A stretch of DNA of 27,793 nt from positions 1-27,793 of IMG/VR virus record IMGVR_UViG_3300043409_002847; one strand, written 5' to 3'. This stretch comes from a virus. Its lineage: Duplodnaviria > Caudoviricetes. Position numbers and translations under genes: made by a program. The notes under the pieces are model-generated. The model saw nothing but the letters and a program-made list of their open reading frames with translations, did no database searches and was not told the origin of the DNA. Positions 22,001 to 26,140 of this stretch are shown in pieces. Every line of letters starts with the position of its first letter. The first letter of the stretch is position 1.

Positions 22001-22854
22001 GATCTGCAGATGTGGTTATTGATGGTAGTGGTTTTGTTACCAACATCAACTGTCCGGCTGATGATGAACATGTTAATGGTCGACTGTACGACACACTGGA
22101 TGTTCGTGTGTTCAGTAATGGTAATTTAAACACAGCAAACACTGGCTTCAGAATGTTCAAGGACATGCTAGACAATATCAGCTATTATGCGGTGCCAGCC
22201 ACTGGTACAACCACATTGACTCAGGCTCTTAACTGGTATGACACTGAGATACATCTGGCAGGTGTCAGTGGATTCCGTACTCCGATTGATAATCGCTGGG
22301 GCGCAGTATTTGTCAACGGTGAACGCATTGCTTACCTCGGTGTGGATCCTGTGAATAACTTACTCACAGGCATAGTCAGAGGCACACTGGGCACACATAC
22401 CCCAGTGGTTCATGCCAGTGGAAGCCGTGCTGAAGCTGCTGGTGATAACTTGGTATTACCTGGCATTTCAGGCGTAGTTGGCGTGGCGCACACCGTAACA
22501 GCCAATGTCAGCAGCAATGCTACCATACAGATTGATTCGATTGCTGGTATCACACCAGGTATGAAGGTAACTGGTAATAGTGCTGTAGCGTCAACGGTGG
22601 TTAGCACATCAACAAATCAGGTGATACTGGCTACACCTCAAACACTGACTCAGGGCACGGTGTTAAGCTTTGGGGATATTGTGGCGCACAGTGTGAGACC
22701 ATTCACCACAGTGAACACCAATAGTTTAACCGCTTATCACAACACCTGGAACACACTGGGATCAGCAGTGGCAACTGATGGACAGGGATTACAGCTGAGT
22801 TCCACTGACATCGCAGTGTTTCTTATCAATAACCCAGCTCAGTTGCCGGTATAA
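7045..22854 (+). CDS. Giant (5269 aa) baseplate wedge/gp7-like virion protein with accessory adhesion modules (3 LamG, FG-GAP propeller, YHYH-like, CBM-like, Thr/Val-rich repeats)
   Basis: Uninterrupted 15.8-kb ORF starting 3 nt after the gp6 stop. N-terminus 'TIDLLPEYFRT..NQRFLNSTLD' and 'FYRGWIKQKGT' resemble gp7-like wedge proteins. LamG-like segments lie at about 7741-8320, 20700-21250 and 21514-21940. FG-GAP repeats ('FGSSVSLSADGALLAVGAP') lie at about 15370-15810. A YHYH-like domain lies at about 18300-19062. Confidence 0.75.
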   Translation: MAINKTIDLLPEYFRTIPNQRFLNSTLDRLVSDPNLRNFDGYVGRRLVNGAPLAGNYITEPSTFRTDYQLEPEFVFAQPGSPTRAAGFKDVLNSVASQGGKIDAWNRLLTDNSYTYQGFVDLDKFTNYFNYVWIPEPRKINGTRVDENPWFRTPVQISNSTLPTTATYTVTRTSNGLSVTDFDGLNPEIFLARGGNYTFKVQPNDYSAGIRTAKSVTQLSSVSPVLASSQFPLFGNSSGKFVAAGGLVVTDVVDFNFKYSQFAVECWVWIDSNQNSGDQVIVGQWSFNDTANSSWALIRTGSPNTLKFCWVDAATGSVSELVYAAGAVSTGAWHHVAVTRVSGTARLYVDGYQAVTGSMGTIARSDKALTIGADTQNSMAFRGFINDLRITNGYARYTDVYYALPSGTTVNDNNTVLLITFDGVLGSSVFTDNTQTNASRTWIQSHPGTPGFIPSNPNLTARDILGVNNNGVTTGDIVFNVPRLADESYWRNLSVTGIQTLDFVDLATNLQFDQIDGKSIDTFVQVPASLTDSDLTGHRGGIDGVTDLNGKTLIFVTGQSAGWQRIEPFEFNGLEVGTFENTTPILNSQWYGIWTCQVINGLIRLNFVANISGQHRVKVKNGGTYRNTSWYKTADNSALARVPALSGNLTTLYLQDDQNTANILPLGIINTDVPVLDIDRDIVGQKYYTSGNGVKFIDGLRVTFGSDAVPASYCNLVLVYQSTFTNQIGIADSTIALLDVGEIQSGFFLEANTETMLVHSVNYQANTVTVTRGYNSVATAHGDNSWCKILTAPSYIVEGVGSAITLVPYQQLTTQEPYLDNAQNPDYITVNRASADRNPWSRTNRWFNYAVIENTLAYLQAQGVTVSAPSSVSRAVRPILEFRSGLKLYDFGTQSLAQVQLLDSQINDALSNINGRRVTDTQSLTLNGHLLVDGDLVIFNNDTESQVRGKVYQIQYVDVDGDLNLFSRAPVRVASTTNVNITSPGTIDGVTLQPYDRVLLWKQTLAQQNGIYYYISGRLERSDDVNSVTELSTDFYVYASAGTVNRNTWFRYVVNLNTVQLGTTPLSFETVLARGPVISLTEYATALAGDCVVVTSADANNRGTNWYWNASTKYWTLSSQQKTQVQQAPKFDVFDYNGVSYADSRVYDLSSFAGSTLIEYQRNSSVASDPVLEFGLTYRNIANVGDITFLNTYESDTFTHQINNNPVQIAINQGVARRTDDITGAASEFSPWQQALTNLELYQNISATGSRTIQVSCTLLNKTTANNTLVFVDGHQLSPDNFTVQVVSNTVLFTIGNAVTVNTDSTVLVKLIAATPIVGAYYDVPAAYDINPYNQRPVSFTHNDIKQHTDAMHYQHGHGISPADTENSLDDPNHQGKPGLIMLHEGFSVLSTLMLTDNRYNIDRALKNAAADYELFKLKFLQAGDQVENIVNLSARHGVDQIFAVLAANHNSSSAWYTSDMVPLGGTVVRYTVDDPQQQYYDISRQLDQVASNQAVLVYLNGQQLVRGEDYEVFTGRPAVEIMLVVRVGDLIEIVEYTNTDGCYMPATPAKLGLGAAYVPSMYTDDTYQESVLVIQGHDGSITRAFTDYRDTLLMELELRIYNNIKVNSELWNQVIENRVPSAGRFRELNGLATYSMIEQASIQRKFFYEWVAENHVNFRTSVYEQNKAFTYNYNNSTDKITGDPLLGYWRGSYRDFYDTDRPHTHPWEVLGLSVRPTWWLSTYGPAPYTGENLILWQDLTNGVLGHTGKVSATGYRTTNVYNTSRTAQLSLLDVIPVSSSGELLDPNVSLTAILETQTLRAGFTFNDGGPAETAWRHSSTFPFAQLRTKILQNPQFMLGTLWDLDNYCPHVRHNTTPTVAGMFDGFKYLVTQIPSIADVELHNVDTDAAGITVRKHSMLNYIVEYLTNQGDTAALFKKYITHSTVNLVYNLAGFADKGNLTVYAEQNSPQTIQQTVKVPAEDYSLLLSQSTPVGQVTYSGVIITQSVNGYKVTGYDQEYPFFIISPSNPTGKTTSITVGSQSFTVYQENAEQSIYVPYGFEFSNRQTVVDFLVSYGAYLQRLGFLFETDTATDRVNWVDAAVQFVKWSYYDWAPNQGVNRISLVLNPSSGVLKFQPVAGTLDSLLNPGSLLLDENQYQIDTRYLDVLRDSDVTYINHQLPLGVISALRANLINFEHKLILNNRTVFNDLIYNPALGTRQNRLRITGLKSGDWNGTLASAGFMMMLSDVADWQPNTDYLRGSIVRYKNQNWTALTAVIGASKFQQNNFSVTDTVFQDQLMPSIGAKALDLEHAYDPYYHNSIPDMVRLRCDALGYVERTWLANLGLDLLNQTEFYRGWIKQKGTPQAITNFTSAGTTDLLADFAVFEEYAIKMGEYGATGRTGYVDVQLNSTVAVNNPVAVEFAVGSSDTNIIRVSDSVLYKKPLGWNANFIQTLDAGNLNDSESPFLSAGPVLPSDIYDFARSNTLQYNSTLQNLLTFPSKLSMTTETDTGNLLRNVRNQNWFWIAVDEVSSAENKYNVITWKLSAAYIKQVVLNTVQNTIDLYLSSGVDAYVGDIVAVDITQAQGVFTVNDYQVQPSGDYYSVLSLQVTDVTQYTFDNITYTDVTAPRGIYTYTSLRHNDIGSAILDSQVNRLRLPVLTRAYVDYDTTGFAVFDFREPYVTGQATLPAGSAVTTSIAQDEATKLLWLGQATANQVTLKTMESARLSAGDVAGLGTVVHTFAATGNTTSLGSQVVNLTSGLAVATATDSSNSGQLYILKYTPTVAAVSQTFYGASGSYLGSSVSASADGVWLAAGAPTPSGVGSVRVYQRVSSVYSLVQTVTDPGNVTGGKFGSSVSLSADGALLAVGAPSAGAGAGKVYTFSRATTTFTLTHTLSAGDNDDQYGASVAVNGDLLAIAAPQSSQVIGSQTLRQLGKVQLWNYYSSAWHLIQTIDNTDVFSTGFGQQLSWLTTKVLAVMENNAEFVQADQLHLESNIQFDSGSTVMYDSAAQPGQRLSQYQLLRTSASVLSAQHDTIQLTRVKTVQYQSATGVNLCFAGNLQRLWVGNRLATTDENNVVCYTNDNALSGWTMLRQQQPTLDAHSLFRAWIYNSRTQQKIVDLDVVDLAQGLLPGVIAQHIDYISGNDPAVYGVALWRGGITYEVGSRVVYNDTVYVANQIHSAGFFNTEHWTVLSTQSQVANTGSIKWGSAQVGLNWFSTRQLRTVNYYQGELMDRVANYNTWFPGTQINIYEWTVSTVPPAAYTGTGTVAADAATVYDSQTSQWYFWVANKTQPSEVHTLSTADISNALTYPQLSGLPMISPANTHGVILYNVANEVNNGENVLHIDYVLEDHTNRLHSEFLMLSEDGSGHWLTTPIYTKMVDSLCGQSNITFGGVTTQLEVPDPALNTEDRYGVAFRPRQSLFRDRNKAIQIYFQQINTAIASQAVANLSTLSLLQQRDPMPTTGFDATVVDRETLLILDVRDYVNNTVILIHSDSLATNSGWSLVKLVNGQWEMVTSEFYNLSEYWQYQDWSSADYTETVADNTIAHIGYLPSINLVTGQYLKILNNGDNNAAMYQIQADQTLNPVWIQRGTIQFKTKLYDTVVTGLDGTAFDTVAGFDSYPALPLRLILTALNQHILTGDLMTVADSAFFAVMRFVLQENLSVDWLFRTSFINVKHRVKNLNRQTNYRQDDEQFVRDFVNETNPYHTRIREYTNVYSATDTALTAASDFDLPALYDAVWYAGQYPGAYGKLNSGQARYFTAGVALAQENGLLYVGSNGMAAHAMGLWPNTTVTSATPQHWVFALNQTPTETVTKYPVPTNNIIGVAINGVPFFSVVAEEIDTLTWVNDPSVTETYTVNIAAGTSYVGPDASNGYLTSTGAYVYRANPTLLYTLNSSQHSPLIGLALDGFPIYGPFGYRRVDGSGGIIQNTSSYRLRNDYRLSTRTVVNGQAYADYAAPTGEYIGDWEYVSGLGTLDEHNGRFVKTPEYPYGTYAYFVTVSTYDHTIPVYPYIVGSTFQGVPTGLKYNYVGESSVAIYENGNYQMPAEPAPVSSDWSLRSPTGLFPNDEIRFTQGVYANWNNHHTYNLTGLTVADTGHGYSYTPSVNITGGGGAGATARVTVNPLTQQLNPTVTLTSVGTGYTSQPLVEVIGGFDVLTWENTVVYKPGDVVLYAANQAFYEANQLETSANVAGVKHTVQTKGLFVTLASATTTNDVNITVESATDILLGMVVAGTDITGTPTVSSVNTAAKTVTLSSAQSVTAGQTLTFTLTSASVTLDSVSGIVTSMIVTGTNIVANSYPTVITVDTANSKVTLSSVQTLARYDQLSFVSATYDSTNTTLPVGSNTGTVIANMRVVGQNISVDAVSNIATYGNVNITVGSVTGIATGMTVSSNNITDFPTVSAIDTVTKILTLSKPESVTAGETLTFTLVTTVSSTANTITVSGDHRDVVANTQLTLSYLYGNPVSDTTAWTQLSLDNILIPRSAVLTPVLTNSVVRKPNITMKYNRWASVDYPSVLVDSVPFTDTYAVVDAAMTDQDDTQLDNVVLQLAFNTDTVTENIWNYQHCVAGARSASFSNIDGNRYLTTATTISGLGINDFTIEFWFRMQTVHSKQVLFSTSGIIIYVNELNQVCVSDSNSSSSLVSGGSVTTNIWQHAVVERKYNTVSLYLDGYRLGQYTAEGYQNHTFSGANLTLGTEVTPAHTANAFMDELRITSGVLRYDAANYAVPQGAFGRTVLTDSYLNHVTLLYGFETLSADLPTGVNFVPQGVSTVVQDRSVNSKLVTVVNPAHFIVNNSVISTDHSEILAATFYTGVFGEVFDAGEPFDEKFDNISYSNDCAYLDVDSSTDFNLGTGDFTIEFWMDNASDAGTIFTLAAGTTHSLTASMSDTTHIQLLVKTAAASTVMTLTGTLSLGAHFISVERYQQRMMLYVDGVLVDQDNQADYSFGTSTNTVPLMISAVSAGFAGKLGDFRVTAGLARHSPVGNFDTQIHSDFTDTALGIRSADVVIDGSGFVTNINCPADDEHVNGRLYDTLDVRVFSNGNLNTANTGFRMFKDMLDNISYYAVPATGTTTLTQALNWYDTEIHLAGVSGFRTPIDNRWGAVFVNGERIAYLGVDPVNNLLTGIVRGTLGTHTPVVHASGSRAEAAGDNLVLPGISGVVGVAHTVTANVSSNATIQIDSIAGITPGMKVTGNSAVASTVVSTSTNQVILATPQTLTQGTVLSFGDIVAHSVRPFTTVNTNSLTAYHNTWNTLGSAVATDGQGLQLSSTDIAVFLINNPAQLPV
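19637..20283 (+). repeat. Intragenic imperfect duplication (about 170 bp; copies at about 19637-19806 and 20114-20283)
   Basis: Both copies share 'atgtcaacatcacagtgg', 'tgacattatcca' and 'gttactgctgga.aaacc.tgacattcac', and encode 'VNITV...GM.V...PTVS...TLS...SVTAG.TLTFTL'. Confidence 0.85.
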
Positions 22855-22857
22855 ATA
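22850..22857 (+). promoter_or_regulatory. T4-type late promoter TATAAATA overlapping the giant gene's stop codon
   Basis: Exact TATAAATA, with 6 nt between it and the ATG at 22864. Confidence 0.7.
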
Positions 22858-22863
22858 ACTGAT

Positions 22864-22998
22864 ATGAACATACAAGATCAGAAAACGCCTGTGTCACCGC
22901 AGGAACAGATCCAGGAGACTCCCAGCTTGTATGTGGAGTCATATCTAAAAATTTCAGATCCTGAAACGCAGACTATAATTGTAAACATGAGGGCATAG
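22864..22998 (+). CDS. Small 44-aa protein missed by the ORF track (MNIQDQKTPVSPQEQIQETPSLYVESYLKISDPETQTIIVNMRA)
   Basis: Fills the gap between the giant gene and the ORF at 23000, follows TATAAATA, and its TAG stop is 1 nt before the next ATG. Its C-terminal half resembles the N-terminus of the next gene. Confidence 0.75.
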   Translation: MNIQDQKTPVSPQEQIQETPSLYVESYLKISDPETQTIIVNMRA

Positions 22999-22999
22999 A

Positions 23000-23605
23000 A
23001 TGAACATCGCTTTGGATATTAAAGGCTGGATAAAAATCACTGACATTGACACCAACACAGTATTGGTGGACAAACCCAATGCGATTCATTATGAAAACTT
23101 TTCGCTGGCATTGGCTCAGAGTATTTGTGCTGGGCCGTTGAATGCCAATGATGTGAATAGCGCCAGTGGGTTCATCCGAAGCATGGCATTTGGCAATGGC
23201 GGAACTGATGTCGGCAGCACTGGTGTTATCACATACAATACTCCTAACTACACTGGAGCCAGTGCTGGGTTATATGCTCAGACTTATGAAAAAGTAGTAA
23301 ATCAGAATTACAGCAACAACACTGACCCAGTCCACAACAAACTCACTGTGAGTCATCAGTTGGGCAAAGCCTATACAGATATACTGGTTAGTTGCCTATT
23401 GAACTATGGTGAACCAGCAAATCAGCAAGTATTTGATAACACCACGGATTACAACAGTGCCTATGTGTTTGATGAACTTGGACTCAGATCATCCGGCGGC
23501 AAACTGTTGACCCATGTAATTTTTCATCCAGTACAGAAAAGCCTGAATCGTCTGATACAGCTTGATTATACAGTGCGCGTGCAGACATTGACAAATTTGT
23601 CCTAG
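23000..23605 (+). CDS. Phage structural (baseplate/tail-associated) protein, 201 aa
   Basis: 'MAFGNGGT', 'YVFDELGL' and 'LLTHVIFHPVQKSLNRLIQLDYTVR' resemble tail/baseplate-associated proteins; lies between the wedge and fibre genes; GAGG upstream. Confidence 0.65.
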   Translation: MNIALDIKGWIKITDIDTNTVLVDKPNAIHYENFSLALAQSICAGPLNANDVNSASGFIRSMAFGNGGTDVGSTGVITYNTPNYTGASAGLYAQTYEKVVNQNYSNNTDPVHNKLTVSHQLGKAYTDILVSCLLNYGEPANQQVFDNTTDYNSAYVFDELGLRSSGGKLLTHVIFHPVQKSLNRLIQLDYTVRVQTLTNLS

Positions 23606-23635
23606 TATGAATACAATTTCAAGGAGATGTAGTAA

Positions 23636-24967
23636 ATGGCTTATACGATAAACAAAACTAACGGGAACCCCATAACTGTAGCAGACAATGTGGTGGATTC
23701 TACTTACAGCGTCCAGTTGGTGGGTAAAAACCGTACCAATTACGGCGCCACCATTAATCAAAACTTTTTCCGTCTTATGGAACATTTCTCCAGTGGTAGT
23801 GCCCCCAGCAGTCCCCAGTCTGGTCAGGTATGGTTTGATTCTACCTATTCCACATTAAAGGTCTGGGATGGCGCATATTGGAAACCACTAAGTGGCATTG
23901 CCACAGCAACTCCCAGCAGTCCGGTATCTGGTGATCTGTGGTTTGACACTGTGAACCAGCAGCTGAAAGTGTATGCTGGTTCAATCTGGGTAGCTATTAA
24001 CTCTGGCATAGCAGGTGGCGGCACCAATGGCGCCATAACTGAAACTGTGATTGACAGCAGCACTGTGTCACATTATGTGTCGTCATTGTATGCCAGTGGT
24101 GTCAGAGTGGCGATGTTGAGCAAAGAACCTGTAACAGGTATTACTGGTTTCACTGGGTTTAGTAATCTAGTAGCCGGTATCAATTACAATACCAGCATCA
24201 GCACCAGCACTGTGAATGGTAATGTAGTTGGCGCCACTGCGGTGTTTAGTGGCAATATCACTGCTGGCAATATAAATGCGGTAAGTGGTATACTCAGTGT
24301 CACTGGCAATGCCAATGTGGGAAATATTGGCACAGGCATTGGTATATTCACCGGAGCAATCAGTGTCACTGGCAATGCCAATGTGGGCAACGTTGGCGCA
24401 GTCGCTGGAGTATTCACCGGAGCAATCAGTGTCACTGGCAATGCCAATGTGGGCAACGTTGGCGCAGTCGCTGGAGTATTCACTGGAGCAATCAGTGTCA
24501 CTGGCAATGCCAATGTGGGAAATATTGGTGCAACCAGTATTGTGGGTGCATTAACCACAGCAAGTCAAACTAATATTACATCAGTTGGTACATTGGGCTC
24601 ACTTAGTGTCACTGGCAATGCCAATGTGGGTAACGTTGGCGCAGTCGCTGGGGTATTCACTGGCTCACTGGCACTTAAAGCACCAGTGACGGTGAGTGCC
24701 AGTACATATACTATGCTGGCTACTGATTCATCACTGATAATCAACGCTAGTGCGACGTGTACGGTAACATTGCTCGCACCAGCAACATATCCAGGAAGAA
24801 TACTCAATATTAAGACCACCGCAGCTTACACTGTGGTCAGTGCTGGCAGCAACGTTGTACCCGTGGCTGGCGGTTCCGCTGGTACGGCTATCCTGGCAGG
24901 CACTGCTGGTAAGTGGGCTATGCTGCAAAGTGATGGCACGAGCTGGGTGACAATGCTGGCTGGTTAA
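23636..24967 (+). CDS. Tail fibre protein with baseplate-attachment N-terminus and 22-aa repeat shaft
   Basis: N-terminus 'MAYTINKTNG...LVGKNRTNYGATINQNFFRLMEHFS..APSSPQSGQVWFD' plus a second 'P..GDLWFD' repeat; G/A/V/N-rich repeats; AAGGAG SD at 23621-23626. Confidence 0.8.
   Translation: MAYTINKTNGNPITVADNVVDSTYSVQLVGKNRTNYGATINQNFFRLMEHFSSGSAPSSPQSGQVWFDSTYSTLKVWDGAYWKPLSGIATATPSSPVSGDLWFDTVNQQLKVYAGSIWVAINSGIAGGGTNGAITETVIDSSTVSHYVSSLYASGVRVAMLSKEPVTGITGFTGFSNLVAGINYNTSISTSTVNGNVVGATAVFSGNITAGNINAVSGILSVTGNANVGNIGTGIGIFTGAISVTGNANVGNVGAVAGVFTGAISVTGNANVGNVGAVAGVFTGAISVTGNANVGNIGATSIVGALTTASQTNITSVGTLGSLSVTGNANVGNVGAVAGVFTGSLALKAPVTVSASTYTMLATDSSLIINASATCTVTLLAPATYPGRILNIKTTAAYTVVSAGSNVVPVAGGSAGTAILAGTAGKWAMLQSDGTSWVTMLAG
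24295..24664 (+). repeat. 66-bp in-frame tandem repeat (ISVTGNANVGNVGAVAGVFTGA): about 3.5 tandem copies plus one separated copy
   Basis: Units start at 24295, 24361, 24427 and 24493 (partial), with another at about 24604. Copies 2 and 3 differ by a single base. Confidence 0.95.
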
Positions 24968-24984
24968 TTTACATAATTTAAATG

Positions 24985-25015
24985 ACAATGGCGACCTTTG
25001 TGGGGTCGCCATTGT
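24985..25015. terminator. Hairpin between convergent units (probable terminator, possibly bidirectional)
   Basis: ACAATGGCGACC-tttgtgg-GGTCGCCATTGT, a 12-bp perfect stem flanked by AT-rich sequence, between the fibre stop and the tmRNA 3' region. Confidence 0.8.
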
Positions 25016-25017
25016 TA

Positions 25018-25304
25018 TGATCCATTCTGTTTCCAAGAGGATCAATCTCAGTCGTATAAACTGAATTAGGCTGTTGCCAGTTCAGCGACTTCGGACGTGA
25101 ATCCGAAATCTGCGACATCATACCACTTATTAGAGTTGGCTGATTTTTGTTTGCTCTGATTTACGTGAGTGCTTCACGGCTGACTCCCGTCACCTATTGA
25201 GTCCTGTCGAAACCGGTCGCCCCCAAGTACTACATAGTGGAGGCGGGGAGAATCGAACTCCCGTCCACGACACTTTCAGTTGTTATCAACACCAGCGGTA
25301 CTAC
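25018..25304 (-). ncRNA. ssrA: Circularly permuted (two-piece) tmRNA gene; outer boundaries approximate
   Basis: On the minus strand the acceptor piece comes first: ...GGAC-GGGAG-TTCGATT-CTCCC-CGCCTCC-A (25266-25238). Then a 13-nt intervening segment CTATGTAGTACTT (25237-25225). Then the coding piece, starting GGGGGCGACCGGTTTCGAC at 25224. The acceptor stem GGGGGCG/CGCCTCC has G3:U70 and A73. A PK1-like stem CGTGA/TCACG and a tag ORF follow, with no second T-arm downstream. Confidence 0.92.
25066..25140 (-). other. tmRNA tag reading frame: ANSNKWYDVADFGFTSEVAELATA-stop
   Basis: Resume codon GCC at 25140 follows an A-rich stretch (ACAAAAATCA). The tag starts with the typical AN, ends in hydrophobic/Ala residues, and stops at TAA 25068-25066. 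Confidence 0.85.
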
Positions 25305-25309
25305 GATAT

Positions 25310-25317
25310 TACTTATG
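25310..25317 (-). promoter_or_regulatory. Late-promoter-like motif CATAAGTA upstream of the tmRNA acceptor piece
   Basis: One mismatch from the CATAAATA at 3587; lies between the upstream CDS stop and the acceptor piece. Confidence 0.45.
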
Positions 25318-25335
25318 CCAGTGATATCACTGGCA
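25316..25335. repeat. Perfect 20-bp palindrome TGCCAGTGATATCACTGGCA
   Basis: The sequence is its own reverse complement; it overlaps the TGA stop of 25327..25779 and the putative tmRNA promoter. Confidence 0.9.
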
Positions 25336-25779
25336 CCAGAATTCTTTTTGGGCAACAAACGCCTGATAATCCCGCCACACCTGGTCCATGTTGCTCCAGG
25401 TCTTACAATTATACTGTCTGATAAAGCATTTAACTTGTCGTATCAGGGACAATTGGGGCCAGCCAGAATACTCTGACCACCCCAACGTACCCTGGCGATG
25501 ACGCTGAGCTAACTGATCCCATAGTTCTGAAGTATACAAGGGCTTGGTTGGATCACATCGCAGTACGGCATTCTGCTGAATCACAGTGGCGGCCATATAC
25601 CGTAGATCGGTATGATTGAACAACTCTATGGTGTGATCACAATCGAGACACAGGCTGCCCTGCCTACCTTCTCCGCGCGATGCATTGCAAATATCACACT
25701 TATTTTTCTCTCGATTAACTTTGCACACACTACTGAACTCATCGTCCCACTCCCACTCTACTAGTTGAGGTCTAGCCAT
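25327..25779 (-). CDS. Hypothetical protein with two CxxC motifs (putative Zn-binding)
   Basis: 'CDIC...LCLDC'; start overlaps the end of the upstream gene; AAGGA upstream of the ATG. Confidence 0.7.
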   Translation of the reverse strand: MARPQLVEWEWDDEFSSVCKVNREKNKCDICNASRGEGRQGSLCLDCDHTIELFNHTDLRYMAATVIQQNAVLRCDPTKPLYTSELWDQLAQRHRQGTLGWSEYSGWPQLSLIRQVKCFIRQYNCKTWSNMDQVWRDYQAFVAQKEFWCQ

Positions 25780-26140
25780 TGTGGTCCTTCATGGCAGGAC
25801 TGACAAAGGTATAGGTTATCTGAGTCTGGATGTCAAACTGGGTATTGCATTCAGTACATTCCACCGGGTGAGTTCCAGAGTCCCACAGTAGATAATAATC
25901 TGTGTGCTGCCACACATTAAATTCATGACCACAGTTGGGACAGCGCACACACTGGTCGTTGGCCATTTGCTCACGGCTGCTCAGCGTGCGGCAGTTGTAA
26001 CACACTGTGGGACTGCCATTGGGGTGCGAAATAAACCCATTACAGCTATTACATGCTTCGCCAGCATCACGTAGAGCCTGGTGATATTTGCCCACATTGA
26101 CACGTTGGTTTTCATCTACAAAATCAGTAATTGACGTCAT
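25772..26140 (-). CDS. Double zinc-ribbon hypothetical protein (four CxxC)
   Basis: CNSC, CYNC, CPNC and CTEC in 122 aa; GGAGGT SD upstream; overlaps the end of the RNA ligase gene. Confidence 0.8.
   Translation of the reverse strand: MTSITDFVDENQRVNVGKYHQALRDAGEACNSCNGFISHPNGSPTVCYNCRTLSSREQMANDQCVRCPNCGHEFNVWQHTDYYLLWDSGTHPVECTECNTQFDIQTQITYTFVSPAMKDHNG

Noticed and set aside
24295-24664. CRISPR array or DGR template/variable repeat pair
   Set aside because: The units are in-frame coding repeats without unique spacers, differences are not adenine-specific, and no cas or reverse transcriptase gene is present.
524-24819. Many short antisense or alternate-frame ORFs within the structural genes
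   Set aside because: Shadow ORFs overlapping long coherent CDSs, with no recognisable motifs or independent signals.
25238-25266. Stand-alone tRNA-Ala or an att-site remnant of a tmRNA 3' end
   Set aside because: There is no 5' half or anticodon arm upstream; the matching acceptor strand lies 13 nt downstream with an intact tag; no integrase or duplicate copy is in the window.
25197-25476. Plus-strand ORFs 25197..25421 and 25237..25476 ('MEAGRIELPS...')
   Set aside because: They are antisense translations of the tmRNA T-arm/acceptor region and of the upstream CDS.
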